A stretch of DNA of 64,000 bases from Antedon mediterranea (GCF_964355755.1 NC_092674.1:18228001-18292000), one strand, 5' to 3'; shown: positions 1 through 13,954, numbered from the stretch's first letter. The notes: a model not told the origin generated them from the letters alone. Numbers and translations: made by a program.

Positions 1-2605
1 AAGTGACTGTGTGAACTGTAGCGTGACACACTACAACACGGACTGTGGGTGTGAGACGATAGCCAGCTGAACAATGTCAGTCATAATGTGTATCAGCCAC
101 CCTAGGCCTGGACCTATTTCGTATAGCCGTGAGTTTATGCTTTCATTTCATTTCATTCCTGAGCTTACTTAATACCAATACCTCAGAGATAATAAAATCC
201 TCAAACACAAACGTTCTCGAAGAGGAGGAAGGAATATTCGGAGATGTATTGCAACTATAATTTCGCAAAGTCAAAGAAATTACAATAAAAGCGATGATAA
301 TATTGTCCAGGATAGGTTGCCTAAAGTTCTAGTTAAAATAGTGAGAGAAGAGTATGCCTTTAATAAAAGAGAGACTTCCATCAATACTACTCACTAATGC
401 TAACTCACTAGTTAATAAAATGGATGAATTTGAAATTGTAATGAAGAGAGAAAATATAGATATCGCTATTATCACTGAAACTTAGTTTACTATCGATCTA
501 CCTAGTGATTCCGGAAAATTTAAATTATGTGAATATGAAGTATACCGTAAAGATCGGGCAAACAAAAAAGGAGGTGGTGTAGCAGTATACATTCGTAATC
601 ATAGAATCTGCAAGCATTACTGAAGCTGTGATACCCGAAGATCTTGAGGTGGTGTGGATCCAGGTTAAAGTACCATCTTCTATTGGATCAATAGTATGTA
701 TATGCGCTGTGTATTACCCTCCGAGGTGTAACCATGCAATGCTGCTTTCTGACCACATTGTGACAACAGTGGATAAGATTCGAGGAATACATAATAAAGC
801 AGCATTTATTATACTAGGCGACTTCAATGAATTTGATACTGATGAGTTAAAAAACCCTCTCTTACTTAAACAATTCGTTCTTTTCCCAACTCGCAAACAA
901 AATTGCCTGGACAAAATTGTCACTGATGTTGATAATGTCTACGAAACACCCATAAAGTACAGTCCATTGGGCAAGAGTGACCACTGTGTTATCATTTGGA
1001 AGCCTTTAAATCAAATTCGCAAGCCTACCTCAAAAGCCTTGATCACAAGGCCATTCAGAGAATCTTGTATTCGATCGATGGGCCAATGGATAACTCAGGA
1101 ATCATGGGAGGAGGTGTATTTGGCAGAATCAGGAGAGAAAATGGCAGAAATCCTTGAAAATATACTAAAACAAAAATACGAACATTTTCCGCAAAAAGTA
1201 ATTCAACGACGAAATAATGAAAAGCCGTGGATGAACTATCGCATACATAAATTGATTGATGAGCGACAAAAGGCATATAGATCTAATAATATAAATTTAT
1301 GGCGAAGCCTAAGAAAAAAAGTAAAGTATGAAATTAACAAAGCTAAAGAGAAAGATTATAAGGATAATATAGAAGGACTAAAAAATGCACAACTCGGTAA
1401 ATGGAATAAAAAAATTAAAAACATTACAGGATATAACAATAAGTCAGACAATGTTAAATTAAGTAATTATGGTGAATCTGTTGAAGAACAGGCTGAACAA
1501 ATTAATGAACATTTCTCAAGAGTATGTTGCCAGCTTCCACCACTCAGATTGGAAACACTTCCCTCGTACTTGCCTACAAAACCACTCCCCAAAATATACC
1601 ATGGAGAAATTTGGAAGAGTTTAAACAAATTAAACTCCAATAAATCTGGCCACCCAGATGATATTCCGGTGAAACTCATTAAGCTGTTTTCTTTTGAAAT
1701 AGCACAACCCCTATTTTTAATCTTTAATACCTGCCTAAACGAAGGGGTGTTTCCAACTGTTTGGAAGACCGCATCAATTGTACCAGTACCTAAAGTTAAA
1801 AAACCGACAATGGTTGGCCAATTACGACCTATTTCACTAACTAAAATATTGGGTAGAGTATTTGAATCATTCCTAGCGGGATGGTTAAAAACGGATTTCG
1901 AACCAGTATTGGATTGTAAACAGTATGGTAACGTGAGAGGAACTAGTACAACACATTACTTAGTAGATATGTTGAATACAGTTATATCCAATATTGATGT
2001 GCCAGGGACCTACGCCACATTATGTACAGTTGATTTCACAACTGCGTTTGATAGGATAAACCATAATATTGCTATTTCAAAGATGATAGAATCTGGTGTT
2101 AGACCGTCGATAATTCCAACGATTAGCAGTTTTCTGATGAATCGCACCCAGTGTGTGAAATTTAAGGGACATTGTTCTGAACTAAGAACTATAACGTGTG
2201 GGGTCCCCCAGGGTACCAAACTGGGACCCAGCATATTTACCGTTATGGTGAATGATGCGGGTAACACCACTGATAATCGTTGGAAATTTGTGGATGATCT
2301 AACAGTAGGAGAAATAATTAATATAAAAAATAATTGTACATCATCAGAACTTCAATTCCATTTAGATTCCTTGAGTTGTTGGTGTAAACAAAATGACATG
2401 CTACCCAAGCCTTCTAAGTGCCATGTTATTAATATGAATTTTATGAAATCCCAAATAAGCTACCCCCAATTTAATATAAGTGGTGAAAAAATTGATACTG
2501 TACATAACATGAAATTATTAGGTCTTGAGCTACAAGACAACTTAGGTTGGGATATCCAAGTCAAAAGTATTATTTCTAGAGCAAGTAGAAGAATGTTTCT
2601 TCTTA

Positions 2606-4304
2606 GGGGTCATCTACAAATTATTTCAGACCACAGAGACGCGTCTGAAAACTTGCAACCCATCAGACGCGTCTGTCCAATGCTGAACCTCATTAACGAT
2701 CTATTATGAATATTCATGAGCTACCCAATCGCGGCGAAGACGCGTCTGTGTGATTAAAACCCGTCTTCGTTGTTTAGTAGGTAAAACAATAGAAAACGCG
2801 TCTGAGTGATTAAAACCCGTCTGTATTGCTTTTTTTAATTTTATGGTGAAACAACATTGGTATCATTTCACAGAACCAACAAATCTGAGACTAGGCCTAG
2901 GTTATCCTAATTTGGACGGAAATTCGTCTCATCGGGCCTGTGGACTTCAGCTCATGCAGAGAGAAAGAAAGTCTAGGCTAGCCTAGTTTCGGCGGCCTAC
3001 ACTAGGCCTATAAATTATTTAACGCTCCTACCTTGGGTTAGCGAATTATAAAAACAACGACACCTAGGCCTAGGCTAGGATATGAAAAATAAATATATAT
3101 TCCATATTAAGATTTAACATAGGCCTAGGGCCTAGGCCTTTTAAAATGATTACCACATGTGTAAAGAAAAAGGCTCGACCAGAATTTGGAGGGGAAAAAC
3201 ATGTGAGCAGTTTAGAGCTAGAGAGAGAGAGTATTAGGTTTCATGTCATGTGACACAAAATCCAGGTACACGATCTTTACTGTTTTATCGTCGTCAGACG
3301 GCAGCCGCCAGAGTATCGCGTTTCATGCCATGTGACAAAAAAAACTAGGTCTGTATTTATTACGGTCTTCTGTCGGCAGTCTTTTTGAGCGACCGACTGA
3401 AAACGTTCTGATACTATATTTAGAATGAATTGTTTACGATCTTTTTTTCTCGGCATCGTTCTGGATGGACTGGACGTTCGCTATATGTTTATTAGTTGGC
3501 CTGTTCGTTGAGGTTCACCTGTGTTGGATCGCGTGTCTCTACGTTTACATCGTGGGAAATTTATATTTATATTCGCCGTTGAGTAGGTAAACACGCACGA
3601 AGGAAACGATTACGATTAAAAAATATTATATATTTACAACTTGGTCCTCCGCCAGTTAAATTTAACACATTAATTTCACACTTTCTTACTTCACTAAGAA
3701 CATCGTAGGGTTGTTTATTTAGGTTACGAACTCCCTACGAAGTTCAGAACGTAGCTCATTGAAAGTTGTTTATTGAGGTTACGAAGCCAAACAATGGAAC
3801 CTACGAAGCCAACAACGTAGCCTACGAAGCTACTTCGTAGGTAAAGTTGCAGTATTTTCTTTCTGTACAGTAGGTCAATAGTCAATAATGATTCCATGTT
3901 CCAAAAGTTAACTTTAACGTTTTTGCATGTGGTAAATTCACTCTTTAGCACAAGAAAAATAAAATCGCAAAAATAAAAGGTCGCGAATAAATAGAAACGA
4001 AAATTTGCGCTTTACAGTATACTCTGTCGGCGGTAAAAGGGTATACCTGTACTGATTTGTTTGTCTTACTGCCGGTTGTAAATAATAATTTAATATCATT
4101 CACTTGCATGTAGCGCGTTTAACACCAGTACAGAGTATAACAATGTGCAGTCAGCCGTATATAGGGGCGGGGCCATAGTCGAACATGCATATTGGCGTCT
4201 AGACGCAGCCAAATCAGACGGGTTTTGAGACGCGTTTTTGGGTAAACAATAGAAAACGCGTCTGGACGCTGATTTGTGGTCTGAAATAATTTGTAGATGA
4301 CGCC
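2606..4304. mobile_element. PIF/Harbinger-type non-autonomous DNA transposon (1699 bp)
   Basis: 30-bp TIR GG(G/C)GTCATCTACAAATTATTTCAGACCACA. TTA TSD at 2603-2605 and 4305-4307. Removing it restores the RT frame (RRMFLL-N-ALRGY). Confidence 0.92.
3488..3866 (+). repeat. Dispersed repeat; second copy at 57296-57707
   Basis: Colinear high-identity match, including GTTGAGTAGGTAAACACGCACGAAGGAAAC and the CTACGAAG hairpin cluster. Confidence 0.85.
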
Positions 4305-4881
4305 TTAATGCATTGAGAGGCTATAGTGCACCTATTGGTGACATGTTAAGTATTTATCAACTCTATATTCGACCGCTGACTGAGTACAGTATGCTTGTGT
4401 TGTTTGGCACTCTAGCATTACAAAACATCAGACCAATGAAATTGAGAGGTTGCAAAAGCGAGCATGCAAAATTATACTTGGCCAGGACTATGAGAGCTAT
4501 GATACGGCCCTTACTCAACTTAAAATTACCAGCCTTGCTGAACGTAGAGAAAAATTAACATTAAAATTTGTAGAAGGTATCCTTAAGTCAGAGAGACATC
4601 GTAATATGCTGCCTGCTGAAAGACCTAATATATCTAGATTACGTAACCCCAATAGATTTACTTTACCTAAAATAAGAACTAACAGATATAAAAATTCAAC
4701 GATTCCCTATATTATAAACAAATTAAATTCCTCCTGTGAAAAATTAAATTAAAAAAATATATATATATAATGAATGATTGTGCAATTACCGCCTAAAATA
4801 ATTAAATGAAGAGCACTGCAGACAACGTTTAATATTAATATATACTGTAAACTTCTTTTTTTAATTTTCTTTTTTAGTTAG

Positions 4882-5095
4882 TGTAGTGTCTATAGACACG
4901 GCGACCGAGAGGTCAAAGGTTGTTGAGCACATAAAGTGTGTGTGCGGTTTTGTTGTGCTGCGAGCACAAAGTATCGATAATAAATGCACCGTTGTTTGTG
5001 TTAAATAGAGTTAACCCGTCTCGTGTTATTACTACATTGTTATGACGACTAAGAGAGTAAGTGTATAGGAACTTACAGAGGTAACTAACTTTACA
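4882..5095. mobile_element. Solo LTR (214 bp) inside the LINE 3' UTR
   Basis: TGTA...TACA termini, exact 5-bp TSD GTTAG (4877-4881, 5096-5100), internal AATAAA near 4979. Confidence 0.8.
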
Positions 5096-6803
5096 GTTAG
5101 CATTGTATTTGTTTTCCGAAATTTAATATATTTTTGTAGATTTTTAATGTTGTGAATTTTTTAGTGAATAATTGTGCAATATTGCCACCTATACTAAAAG
5201 ATAATAATAATAACCAAATAAAGAACAGTGCAGATAGGTTTTAGTATATAATGTACAATTTTTCTTTTTTTAAATAAAAGTGCAATTGTATTTTCCAAAA
5301 CTTTGTATATATTTTAAGATTCTTAATATTGTAAATTTTAGTGAATAATTGTATTTTGAATAATTGTATTTTCCAAATTTATTATTGTATTTTTATAGAT
5401 TTAATTTCAATATTTTTTATTGTAATATGTACAAACTTTATTAGCTATGTGCTATTGTTTTTGTAATTTTATATATACCGTAATAAATAAAAAAAAATTA
5501 AAAAAAAGATACCATCAGTACTTGATAGAGACTTACTAGATGCAACTTCATTGGAGCCTGCTTTAACAGAAACTTATAATTTCCAGCAATGTTTTAACTG
5601 TATATATGAACTGTTTTATAAGTTGTTTTGTGACTGTACAATTTGGTAATAGTCACTCTCATACTGTACATTTAAAAGTAACACATCCAAGTCAATGGCT
5701 ACCAGATGTCTCTGTGAGATGGTTATTTGAACCAGTACCAGTATCAGTACCAAGATAATTTATGAGCACTGTAATTTCAATTTATATTGGACAATAAATG
5801 AATCTTTATCTGTAAAATAGGTACAATTCAGCACTGTAAACATATTTAATTCATGTCATAGGATGACATAATAATTGTCGACGTTCATATATGTGCATGT
5901 TGCATTTCCGCGGATAACCCGTAATTCGTCAAATTGACGAGTTCAAATCTAGTTACTTTTAATATTGTAATGATACAGTATTTTCCCTTCCAATAGAAGA
6001 GCACCATCTACAATAGTTTGTGATGTGACCTCAAATGGCCAAGAATTTAAAATAAAGTAAATTGTTTTCAAAATCACATATTTTTCAGAAAAAATGTCTT
6101 TCTAACATAGCCAAATAGCAAAAGGAAAATTAAGGTACTCTGACAGCTTAAAATAAATAGAATGAGTATCAGTTATGCGGTTTAGATAGACTGTTAACAT
6201 TTGTGTTATTATTCTTTAATAATTATTATAAAACATGGCATTTCTTCCTTACACATTATCAGTATTACTGTATTTAATAACACCTAAATAAATTCCTGTC
6301 ATTTGATTGGACGATTGTGGGTCACATGGTGTGCAATAGTACGCACTATTAAACGGTCATTTAATAGTACTTTTTATACATTTTTGTGTACGAAAAAAAA
6401 AACATTTTCCGCGAATGAAAAAAAAATCTAGTGTACAAATTACTGTGAAATACAACAGTGCCATCTGTTGTCTTGCCTCTGTTTTGTTTGTAAACATCAC
6501 CAAGATATGCAGCAGCAGCAGATTTTTGTGTACGATTTGGAGATATACTATATTACTGTACTATATATATGTACTAATTTCATTCAAAAAGCCATTTAAA
6601 TTAGCCTTAGATCGTTTTTAGGATTTTGATTAATTAATGGGGACATCCATACAGTACAAGACAGAATCGTTGGAAAAAGCATAATTAGCCTATATGAGTT
6701 CCAGTTGCCTGTCGAAGTTTGGTATTGCTGCACCCTAGCTGGGCCTAGGCCTGTTAGAATTAGGCTAGGCCTAGGCGTTTTAGCCTTGCTGGGCCTAGGA
6801 TTG

Positions 6804-8838
6804 GAGTGTTGACAAAGTGCGAGGCAGCGAGGCAAGCGAGGCATGCCAAATATTTGTGCGAGGCATCATTTTATCATTTCCAAAAGTGCGAGGCATGCGG
6901 GCATATAGTTTACAATTTCAAAAAGGTGCGAGGCATATCTTAACGTGCTATTATGCTATATTATAGGCCTAATAGTCAATCGATACAAGCGTATCTAAAT
7001 AGATTCGTGTATACACTCATCATGTTTATTTTTATGTAACGATTGTTTTTTCATTCAAGTCATATCGTGTCAAATTTTACTTTTACAAAAGTGCCCAAAC
7101 TACGGTTCAAAAATCTGAACGACAGTCTTCAACTTTCGATAAACAATAATTGTTATAGCGACACACTCATCAAATGACTGCAATGTTTGTTGGAATTTCG
7201 AGCGTGTTCACTCACATGTCTCTCGAACATAGCAGAGTGAAAATAATATTTTGTCACACCCCTGCGCCTAGATCCGGTAGACCCGAGAGATGGAAAATCC
7301 CTCTTTACTATTTAGCAGGTAGCGGAATGATTCAGCCCTCAGCTCAGAGGATTGTGGTGCATTCCCCTACTATAGCAGCAACGCACAGACTTCTCTCTGA
7401 GCGGCGTGCCAAAGACATTTTTGACATTCCATTCTCTAGGAACAACACGTGTACCTCTCTCGCAAATAAGGTGAACAGCGATTGCCAGGACAAGTTCAAT
7501 AACTGGCGGTGAATAAAAGGTAACTGATATGCCGATCCAATAACATGCCGCAAAGAAAAAAATTGCGACAGAATTCTGGAGCGCGTGTGAGAAAAGACTT
7601 ACGTCCGACAATTGTAATATATAGGCCTCAAAATTTAACTTTATCTAATAATTTTTAATATGCTTAGCCCTAACCTAGATAAGAGGCCTATGTAGAAAAT
7701 AATTTAATCAATTTTGATATAATAATGATTGGTGTAATATTTAATAATGATACACTATTCCTGTTTTAGTAAGCAGCTAGGTATATTACGAACGATTTTT
7801 ATTTATTGTTGTCCATGTACGTACTAATAAACGTGGCGCTAGTTTCCTTCGCTTGTATTTTTACTCAAAATTTGATAACTAACTTTATCGTGTGAATACC
7901 ACACCTTAGAAGTATACCTCATGAGTACTTTAATGAAAGAATCACATAAAAAGTAACAAATAAATCCTTAAATTAATTATTTTACAGGCGTGTTTCTCGC
8001 ACACTGTTCACGAATTTCACTTATTCAATGTTCAATATTTTTGTTTCTATGGAGCGCCAAAAGAGCAACGATAATAGAGGACTAAAACTCAGTGGAATGC
8101 GTCAATTTCTCATGCATTTATTGGTGAAAAACACGTTTTATTTCAATATATTTGTTAATTTGTCAATAAAAATGTTGTAATATGTTACTGCTGATACTGT
8201 TCTGTTTTCTTCAAAGAATAATAATCGATCCTAAATCAACATCACTACCTAGTCTAGACCTACTGTAGGACATCCTACTAAGGATATTATGATGAATTTT
8301 TCTATTTATTCTTTAAAAGGTTAACGAAACCGTGTACATTATCAACACTAACATTTTTCCTTACTGACAGTGACAAAATCTATTGAAATTGTACTTGATT
8401 TTCACCAAATAATGCGTTAAATATAAATGGATTCCACAGAGTTTTTAGCCCTCTAATTAATTTTGCTCTTTTGGCGTTCCATAGAAACCAAAATATTGAA
8501 CATTGAGTGTGCAAAATGCGAGAAAAACAACGTCTGTAAAATCACCAATTTAATGGATTTATTGTTACTTTTATGTGATTTTTCTTCATTAAAGTAGGCC
8601 TACTAATTCTAAGCTGTGGTATTCAGGATAAAGTTGGTTAAAATACAAGGCAGGTGCAAAAGGAAACTAGCCTAGCGGGCCTAGGCCTAGGCTACTTCAA
8701 TTTCGGTGATTACCTGCCTTGCAATTTTGAGAAATGATAAAATGATGCCTCGCATTTTTTGAAGATGGTAAAACGATGCCTCGCATAAATTCTGACTTGC
8801 CTCGCATGCCTTCCCTGCCTCGCACTTTGTTACTACCC
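6804..8838. mobile_element. Mutator-like non-autonomous element with internal inverted repeat
   Basis: Imperfect long TIRs built of TGCGAGGCA repeats. 9-bp TSD CTAGGATTG (6795-6803, 8839-8847). Internal inverted arms ~7835-8135 / ~8395-8670. Confidence 0.8.
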
Positions 8839-10039
8839 CTAGGATTGTTTGGTCATTTATTGCCCTAATTAACACTATCAGTAGGTGCGTTTATAAATTC
8901 CATATAAATAATAATATTTAATTATTATAATTATTAAAAACCAAATGTTACTGTTTTAATCAATGTGAATCAAATGTAGGCCTTGGCTAGGCCTACCTTA
9001 TATTTGATTCAAATGACAGGAATCTATTTTTAGATATAAAACAAATAATTAATATTTTATATTCGTGTAATGGTACAAATACTGGCATTTGGTGAATGAT
9101 GAAAGGTTATATTTCAACTCGGCTCGCGCCTATAATTTGTATGGGCAAGTATAATAAAAGCGCACTATGATAAAAGTACTTTGACAAATTTTTAAAATAA
9201 AAACAAATTGTGTCAAGAATAAAATTCAGAACTATTTACGGTCATTGATTTTGTTTTACACTATCCATTCATTTTGAAGTATATGTAAGCTAAAAATGAA
9301 AGCAATACTGGATTATGTAACTTTAGATTTACTTTGTGTGCATCAAAAAGTGACAATGTGCATGAGAGGGACGTTGAAGTCTGTCAATCAGTGGGCAGAT
9401 TAAAACATTTTAATAGGAAGTATTGGAATGATAATAAAACTACAGCTGCTTACTGAAGTGTTTTTTTGTTGGTCATTTACATTTTGTTTATTTCGATGGT
9501 TTTTTTTATATTTTCCAAGTTAGGTATCTTTTTTGCTACTTTTGTATACATTATGTTTAGTTTTGATTTTTTGGTTTAAGCGGTGATAATTATTATTGAC
9601 ACATATCGTGGATTCGAACTCGAACGTACTAAGCATTGATATCAATGGTCACGGCGTTTTACTCGCACACTGTTACGAAAGTCATTCTGTTTAAAGGATA
9701 GGTGTAATTAATTAAAACTTCAACGATGCGATCATTCGATATGGTTGACTGGCTGCTGAGACTAAACACTGTTGGCGGCCCTAAATTGTATTTGGCGATC
9801 CGGCCATGGCAGTACACAACAGAGGAGGTTGCGTAGTTGATACATGACGTAACAACTCACGAAACATGTCAAATGTCAATGTTATTTTTTGCCTTTTTTT
9901 TGTGTTTATCCTTAAAATTCAGGAAAGTGATATAGCCTATCGTGTGCAGCCCCTCAATAAACATCAGTGTGCCAAATGTGAGCACGTACCAATCAGCGGC
10001 TTCAGAGGAGATACGTAAAATTACGCAAAAAAATTTAGT

Positions 10040-10460
10040 AGCATTTCACTGGTTGGTATTCATCAGCTTCCTCTTGAGTTGCAGTGCTTGTTGGGGCATA
10101 TACCTGCAAGAGTGTAATGTTCATGGGTCTGCCCTGCAGCCTTACTGACAACACCCTACACCTTATTGGATTATATCCTAGCAAAGATTTAGGTCTTTTC
10201 TGCAAGGTAAATTCCAACACTTCCATAGCCTGATGTCTCCCTTCCTGAACAGATAACCATACCACCTTCCTCTGGTCTAAAATGTCCTTGTCCTGCCCAC
10301 CTGTGTTCTGCTACACCCAAAACACTTCTGTTGTAGAGAGTTGCTTTCATTTCATTTTTCATTACTTATTCACTGATGACTGTGCATAATCTTCCCAGAT
10401 GCCATACTTCTCACATTCCCTGTTGCTATTCGCATCAAGTTTCTTAGTCGAATTTGTTTG
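10040..10460 (-). mobile_element. RTE-clade LINE 5' fragment (degenerate endonuclease)
   Basis: GVAEHRWAGQGHF and LSVRLQGRPMNITLLQVYAPTS are typical RTE endonuclease motifs; frameshifted and 3'-truncated. Confidence 0.85.
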
Positions 10461-12284
10461 GTTTCAAAACTGCCTCCGTCAGGGCATGAGTTTCCCGTAT
10501 GATTTGGCTCATGTCATCTGTAACAGCTCTAATCCCATCCAACGCGACTCTTCGCCAGCTGTGATCCAGTTGCCGCTGTACTGGTAACACCAAGAAGACA
10601 GTTTGTCGGATGCTGCTGTTACTAGATCATCATCCTGCTGCCGATGATATATCCCTAACACCCCCCCCCCCCCCCTACGCTCGGTTTTATGGCGCCGACC
10701 ATACCCGCCAGTCATGGAGTGTTGGTGATATTGGTTTATTGTGTGCATTTTATAGAGGCTAGTTGGGGCTCACTAGCTTCACACACAACCTCAGCCTACT
10801 CCACCGATTATAATATCAAAATTATTAAAAGTATTTCAATGGTTGTTATTTTGTGTAAAATAGCTTTAGATGTATTTGTTTGATTTAAACCATACAGAAA
10901 ATTGATCAAGCTCAAAATTAATAGTATTACCAAGAGCGTGTTTATTTTTGTGAGAAAGGCTGTTGGCGAATAAAATGAATTGCAATAAGTTTGAGATATT
11001 GGGAAGATCATAAACATAAATAAGGAACCCAGAAGAGTCTTATTAGGTATCCAAATGAAAACATTTTAATTATTTCACTTTTTCAGTTACTCAAAAAAAA
11101 CTTAATGAAAATAGCATTTTGTAATTTAAATTATTGACATCCAATTACCCATTCTAAAGTTATGGTTCTTATAAGTTGTAAAAAATGTACGATCTTTGGT
11201 AGAAAATTGTGTTTGTGTGTGTTTTTTGCAGTAGAAATTGGAAGTATTTTTTTATATTTTTTGTTATAACTTTTAATGATGACTTACTGTAAAAGTTTTG
11301 AATTTTGTTAAACCTATCACAGTGTTGTAAAAGTTTTGAATTTTGTTAAACCTATCACAGAGTTCACAACTCTAATTCTTTTGGAGCCTCACAAAACACA
11401 TTTTTAAAATTATTGGTCCGCAAAGGTAGTTGAAAAGCATTTAAAATATATAACATTATAAAATTGTTTTCATTTCATATTTTCCACCGTATGTACAATA
11501 TTAGATTGAAATACGCATCAAGGTTTAGGCCAAGTAACAGTATAATTGATCACCGGTAACTTGCATCAAAGCATTTCGGTCGCAGTAAATGACTTTCAAA
11601 CGCCGTATTACAGAGTCAAATTAACGTTGGTATTCAGTATGTACATGGTTTGAAATTATTTTCGTTTGTTTAAAGTTAAAAATTCACATAAAAATATAAA
11701 ATTGAGTTAAAAAGGTTAAAATTTGATAAAATACAGAATACATACAAGAAAGATTGGTCTGTGTAAGGGTATACTGTAGCATAAAATGATCAACGTTTCC
11801 AAGCTTCATAGTAAACAAGCTCATTAAATTTCTTTGGTAAATTTATACCTAACACGTTTGCATTGTATACTTGCATGATAAATTTTTGGCACATCACACC
11901 AATTAATAAGTAAATTGACGTCTAAAACCAGGCGAGGATTTAGGGGGTGGGGTGGGGCGGTCCGGCGAGTAACGACAGTCAATTATTGAGATGACTCCTG
12001 AGTTACCAGTCGCTGAGAAATATTAATATCTGTCATAATAATCATTTGGTACTGAGTGCCTAGGCAATAGTAAGTGAGTGAATGCTTGCCTAGGACAGAC
12101 ACACACCTCTGGACCTCTTATCAACCTGTTCCAAGAGAACGTATAAACGTGACAGTTGGGATAGATAGAGGTAGCGCCGCAGTAACAAATTTGTCTGATA
12201 ACCGCCAGCCGTTGTCTGAATGAGATCATCCGCCTGTCGATTTACTGTACAAGCCAGAGAATAACAAAGTAGCTTCCTGCCTAA

Positions 12285-13515
12285 AGCCCCTTTCACACAG
12301 AGCTGTAAGACGGTAATATTGCGGTAATTCGCGAACGCCGGCTTATGTGTGAAAGGGTAAAAACCCCTTAATGCCGGCTTCCGTTAGACCGCCTCTGGAC
12401 CTAGTGAAATTGCGGTAATATTACCGTCACGGTCATAAGCCTGATCTGTGTGAAAGAGTCCACGATATATTACGCCTGCTTACGCAGTGAAGCAAGGATA
12501 AATTCGGGACATTTTCCTTGATTGAGAAAGACTGTGGCAATTACTTTAGGCCAAATTATTGAATTGAATTGAATTGAATTGAATTGAAATATATATTTAT
12601 ACTGGGTAACCTCTTCAGTCAAAGACTGGTCTCCCAGAGGGCCCAGTTGGTGATCAGTGGCTGTGATGTACTAATACACCGGGGTAACCCCCTACTCGTC
12701 TCGAAAGATGTACTAGGTTCTTTAAAGTGCACACGAGCTAGATGTGTACACTGGACCTACGGTTTATAGTCCTTATCCGAGAAGACTCGTTCTACCACCA
12801 GAACCATGGAGTGAGTGAGCCTCGAACCCATGCCGATGTTATGGCTACGTAATTGCGGTTCCACTGTCTTAACCGCTCGGCCACTCACCCACTCATTAGA
12901 TTATATCCATTTTATAATATATTTTTAGGTTAGTTTGTAAATAATACAATGGAAGAATACGGCCAATAATAATAAAAATATAACAGATGTTGGTCCAAAG
13001 ATTATTTAACTTGCTGTAACGTATGTAAGCCTAGGCCCTAGTTAGCATAGTTCTAGCAGGAACATCCTCCGGTTCGCGCTCCCGGTGCTAGCTCATAACA
13101 GCTTCTGATAATTAAATTCGCGTCTATTTGTAGGCCTAATAGATTTGTTTCTGTAGAATGGCCATCACGATCGGGCAGTTATTAGCACGGAGTGGTGTTG
13201 GGCGAAAATATAGATTTTATGCATCGTAAATAAAAAAACTAAACGACGGACACACAAAACAACATCAGCAAACATGTGCGCGCATGGCATGTTTTGTCGC
13301 CGGCGGCAGGTGCCCGCCATTTTTTTTTTCTAAAAAAGTGCGACCTCTATTTTATGAAGACAGTAATCTTTAAATATTGCGCCTTTTCACTGTGGCCTTT
13401 CACACAGAAGGCGGTAAAATTACCGTAATATTACCTTCTGTGTGAATGGGTTTAGACCGGCAATAACGCCGGCTTGCTTACCGCAATATTGCCGAAGTTC
13501 TGTGTGAAAAGGCCT
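12285..13515. mobile_element. PIF/Harbinger-type MITE carrying a SINE insertion
   Basis: TIRs AGCCCCTTTCACACAGA / AGGCCTTTTCACACAGA. TAA TSD (12282-12284, 13516-13518). Subterminal TGTGTGAAA repeats. Confidence 0.85.
12558..12894 (-). mobile_element. tRNA-derived SINE with Deu/Nin-like central domain and (TTCAA)n tail
   Basis: Minus strand: A box TGGCCGAGCGG, B box GGTTCGAGGC, then TCGGATAAGGACTATAAACCGTAGGTCC...TTAAAGAACC...GAGTAGGGGGTTACCCCGGTGT, resembling the Deu/Nin core as recalled, then a (TTCAA)5 tail. Confidence 0.85.
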
Positions 13516-13846
13516 TAAGTTACAGCTATCAACCCCTGCTGCCGAGCTGACATGTACTATTAACCCATAGGTGGGCTTATTTACCTTAGGTGGGCCTTTA
13601 TTTTGTTGATAAAAATATATTACAAAATTGCATTGATTTTTAAGGTTTTTTGTTGATTTCTACGTTTTACAACGATTTGCAGCAAGGCAAAATATTGTGC
13701 ACACTAATATGCTAAAAAATAGAGTAAGCAACTTCGTTCTAAAACTGATTATATTACTGATAAAATAGCTGAAATATAAAAGTTTCATTGCTATAATTGT
13801 GTATTGTTAGTTTGTTAGTTTTCCAGTACTGTTGAAAAATGTTTAC

Positions 13847-13954
13847 CTGTTTAGTAACTGTAGGGTGGGCAGTATCAAAAATATCTTGCCTTCTTAGTAC
13901 ATCTGTCATGGCTTGTCGATGTCCAGGTTCCCACATTTTTTGCCGACGCTCCTT
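13847..13954 (-). CDS. TPP2: Tripeptidyl-peptidase II, coding exon 4
   Basis: KERRQKMWEPGHRQAMTDVLRRQDIFDTAHPTVTKQ; ttttag acceptor, gtaaac donor, 108 bp, phase 0. Confidence 0.9.

Larger units (their letters stand above)
370..5507 (+). mobile_element. Non-LTR retrotransposon (CR1 group, Rex1/Babar-like) with APE endonuclease + reverse transcriptase ORF, interrupted by a MITE and a solo LTR
   Basis: Endonuclease motifs from ~370 (PSILLTNANSLVNKMDE, ITET*F, GGGVAVYI, ILGDFN, SDH). RT motifs in ORF 628-2605 (LRPISLT, DFTTAFD, GVPQGTKLGP, KFVDDLT). ORF resumes in frame at 4308 and ends at 4752. AT-rich 3' UTR with internal duplication and AATAAA/poly(A) at 5481-5507. Clade assignment is from motif recall. 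Confidence 0.9.

Noticed and set aside
2606-2709. C-terminus of the 693-aa ORF as the true RT end
   Set aside because: It is read-through into the MITE; the real continuation is at 4308-4752.
12030-13550. TGTCA...TGACA-bounded segment split by the Harbinger MITE as a solo LTR
   Set aside because: No matching TSD, PBS or PPT found.
1-13846. TPP2 exon 5 (expected to contain a DPGPVYDC-like motif)
   Set aside because: Not found by eye on the minus strand; presumed to lie beyond base 1.
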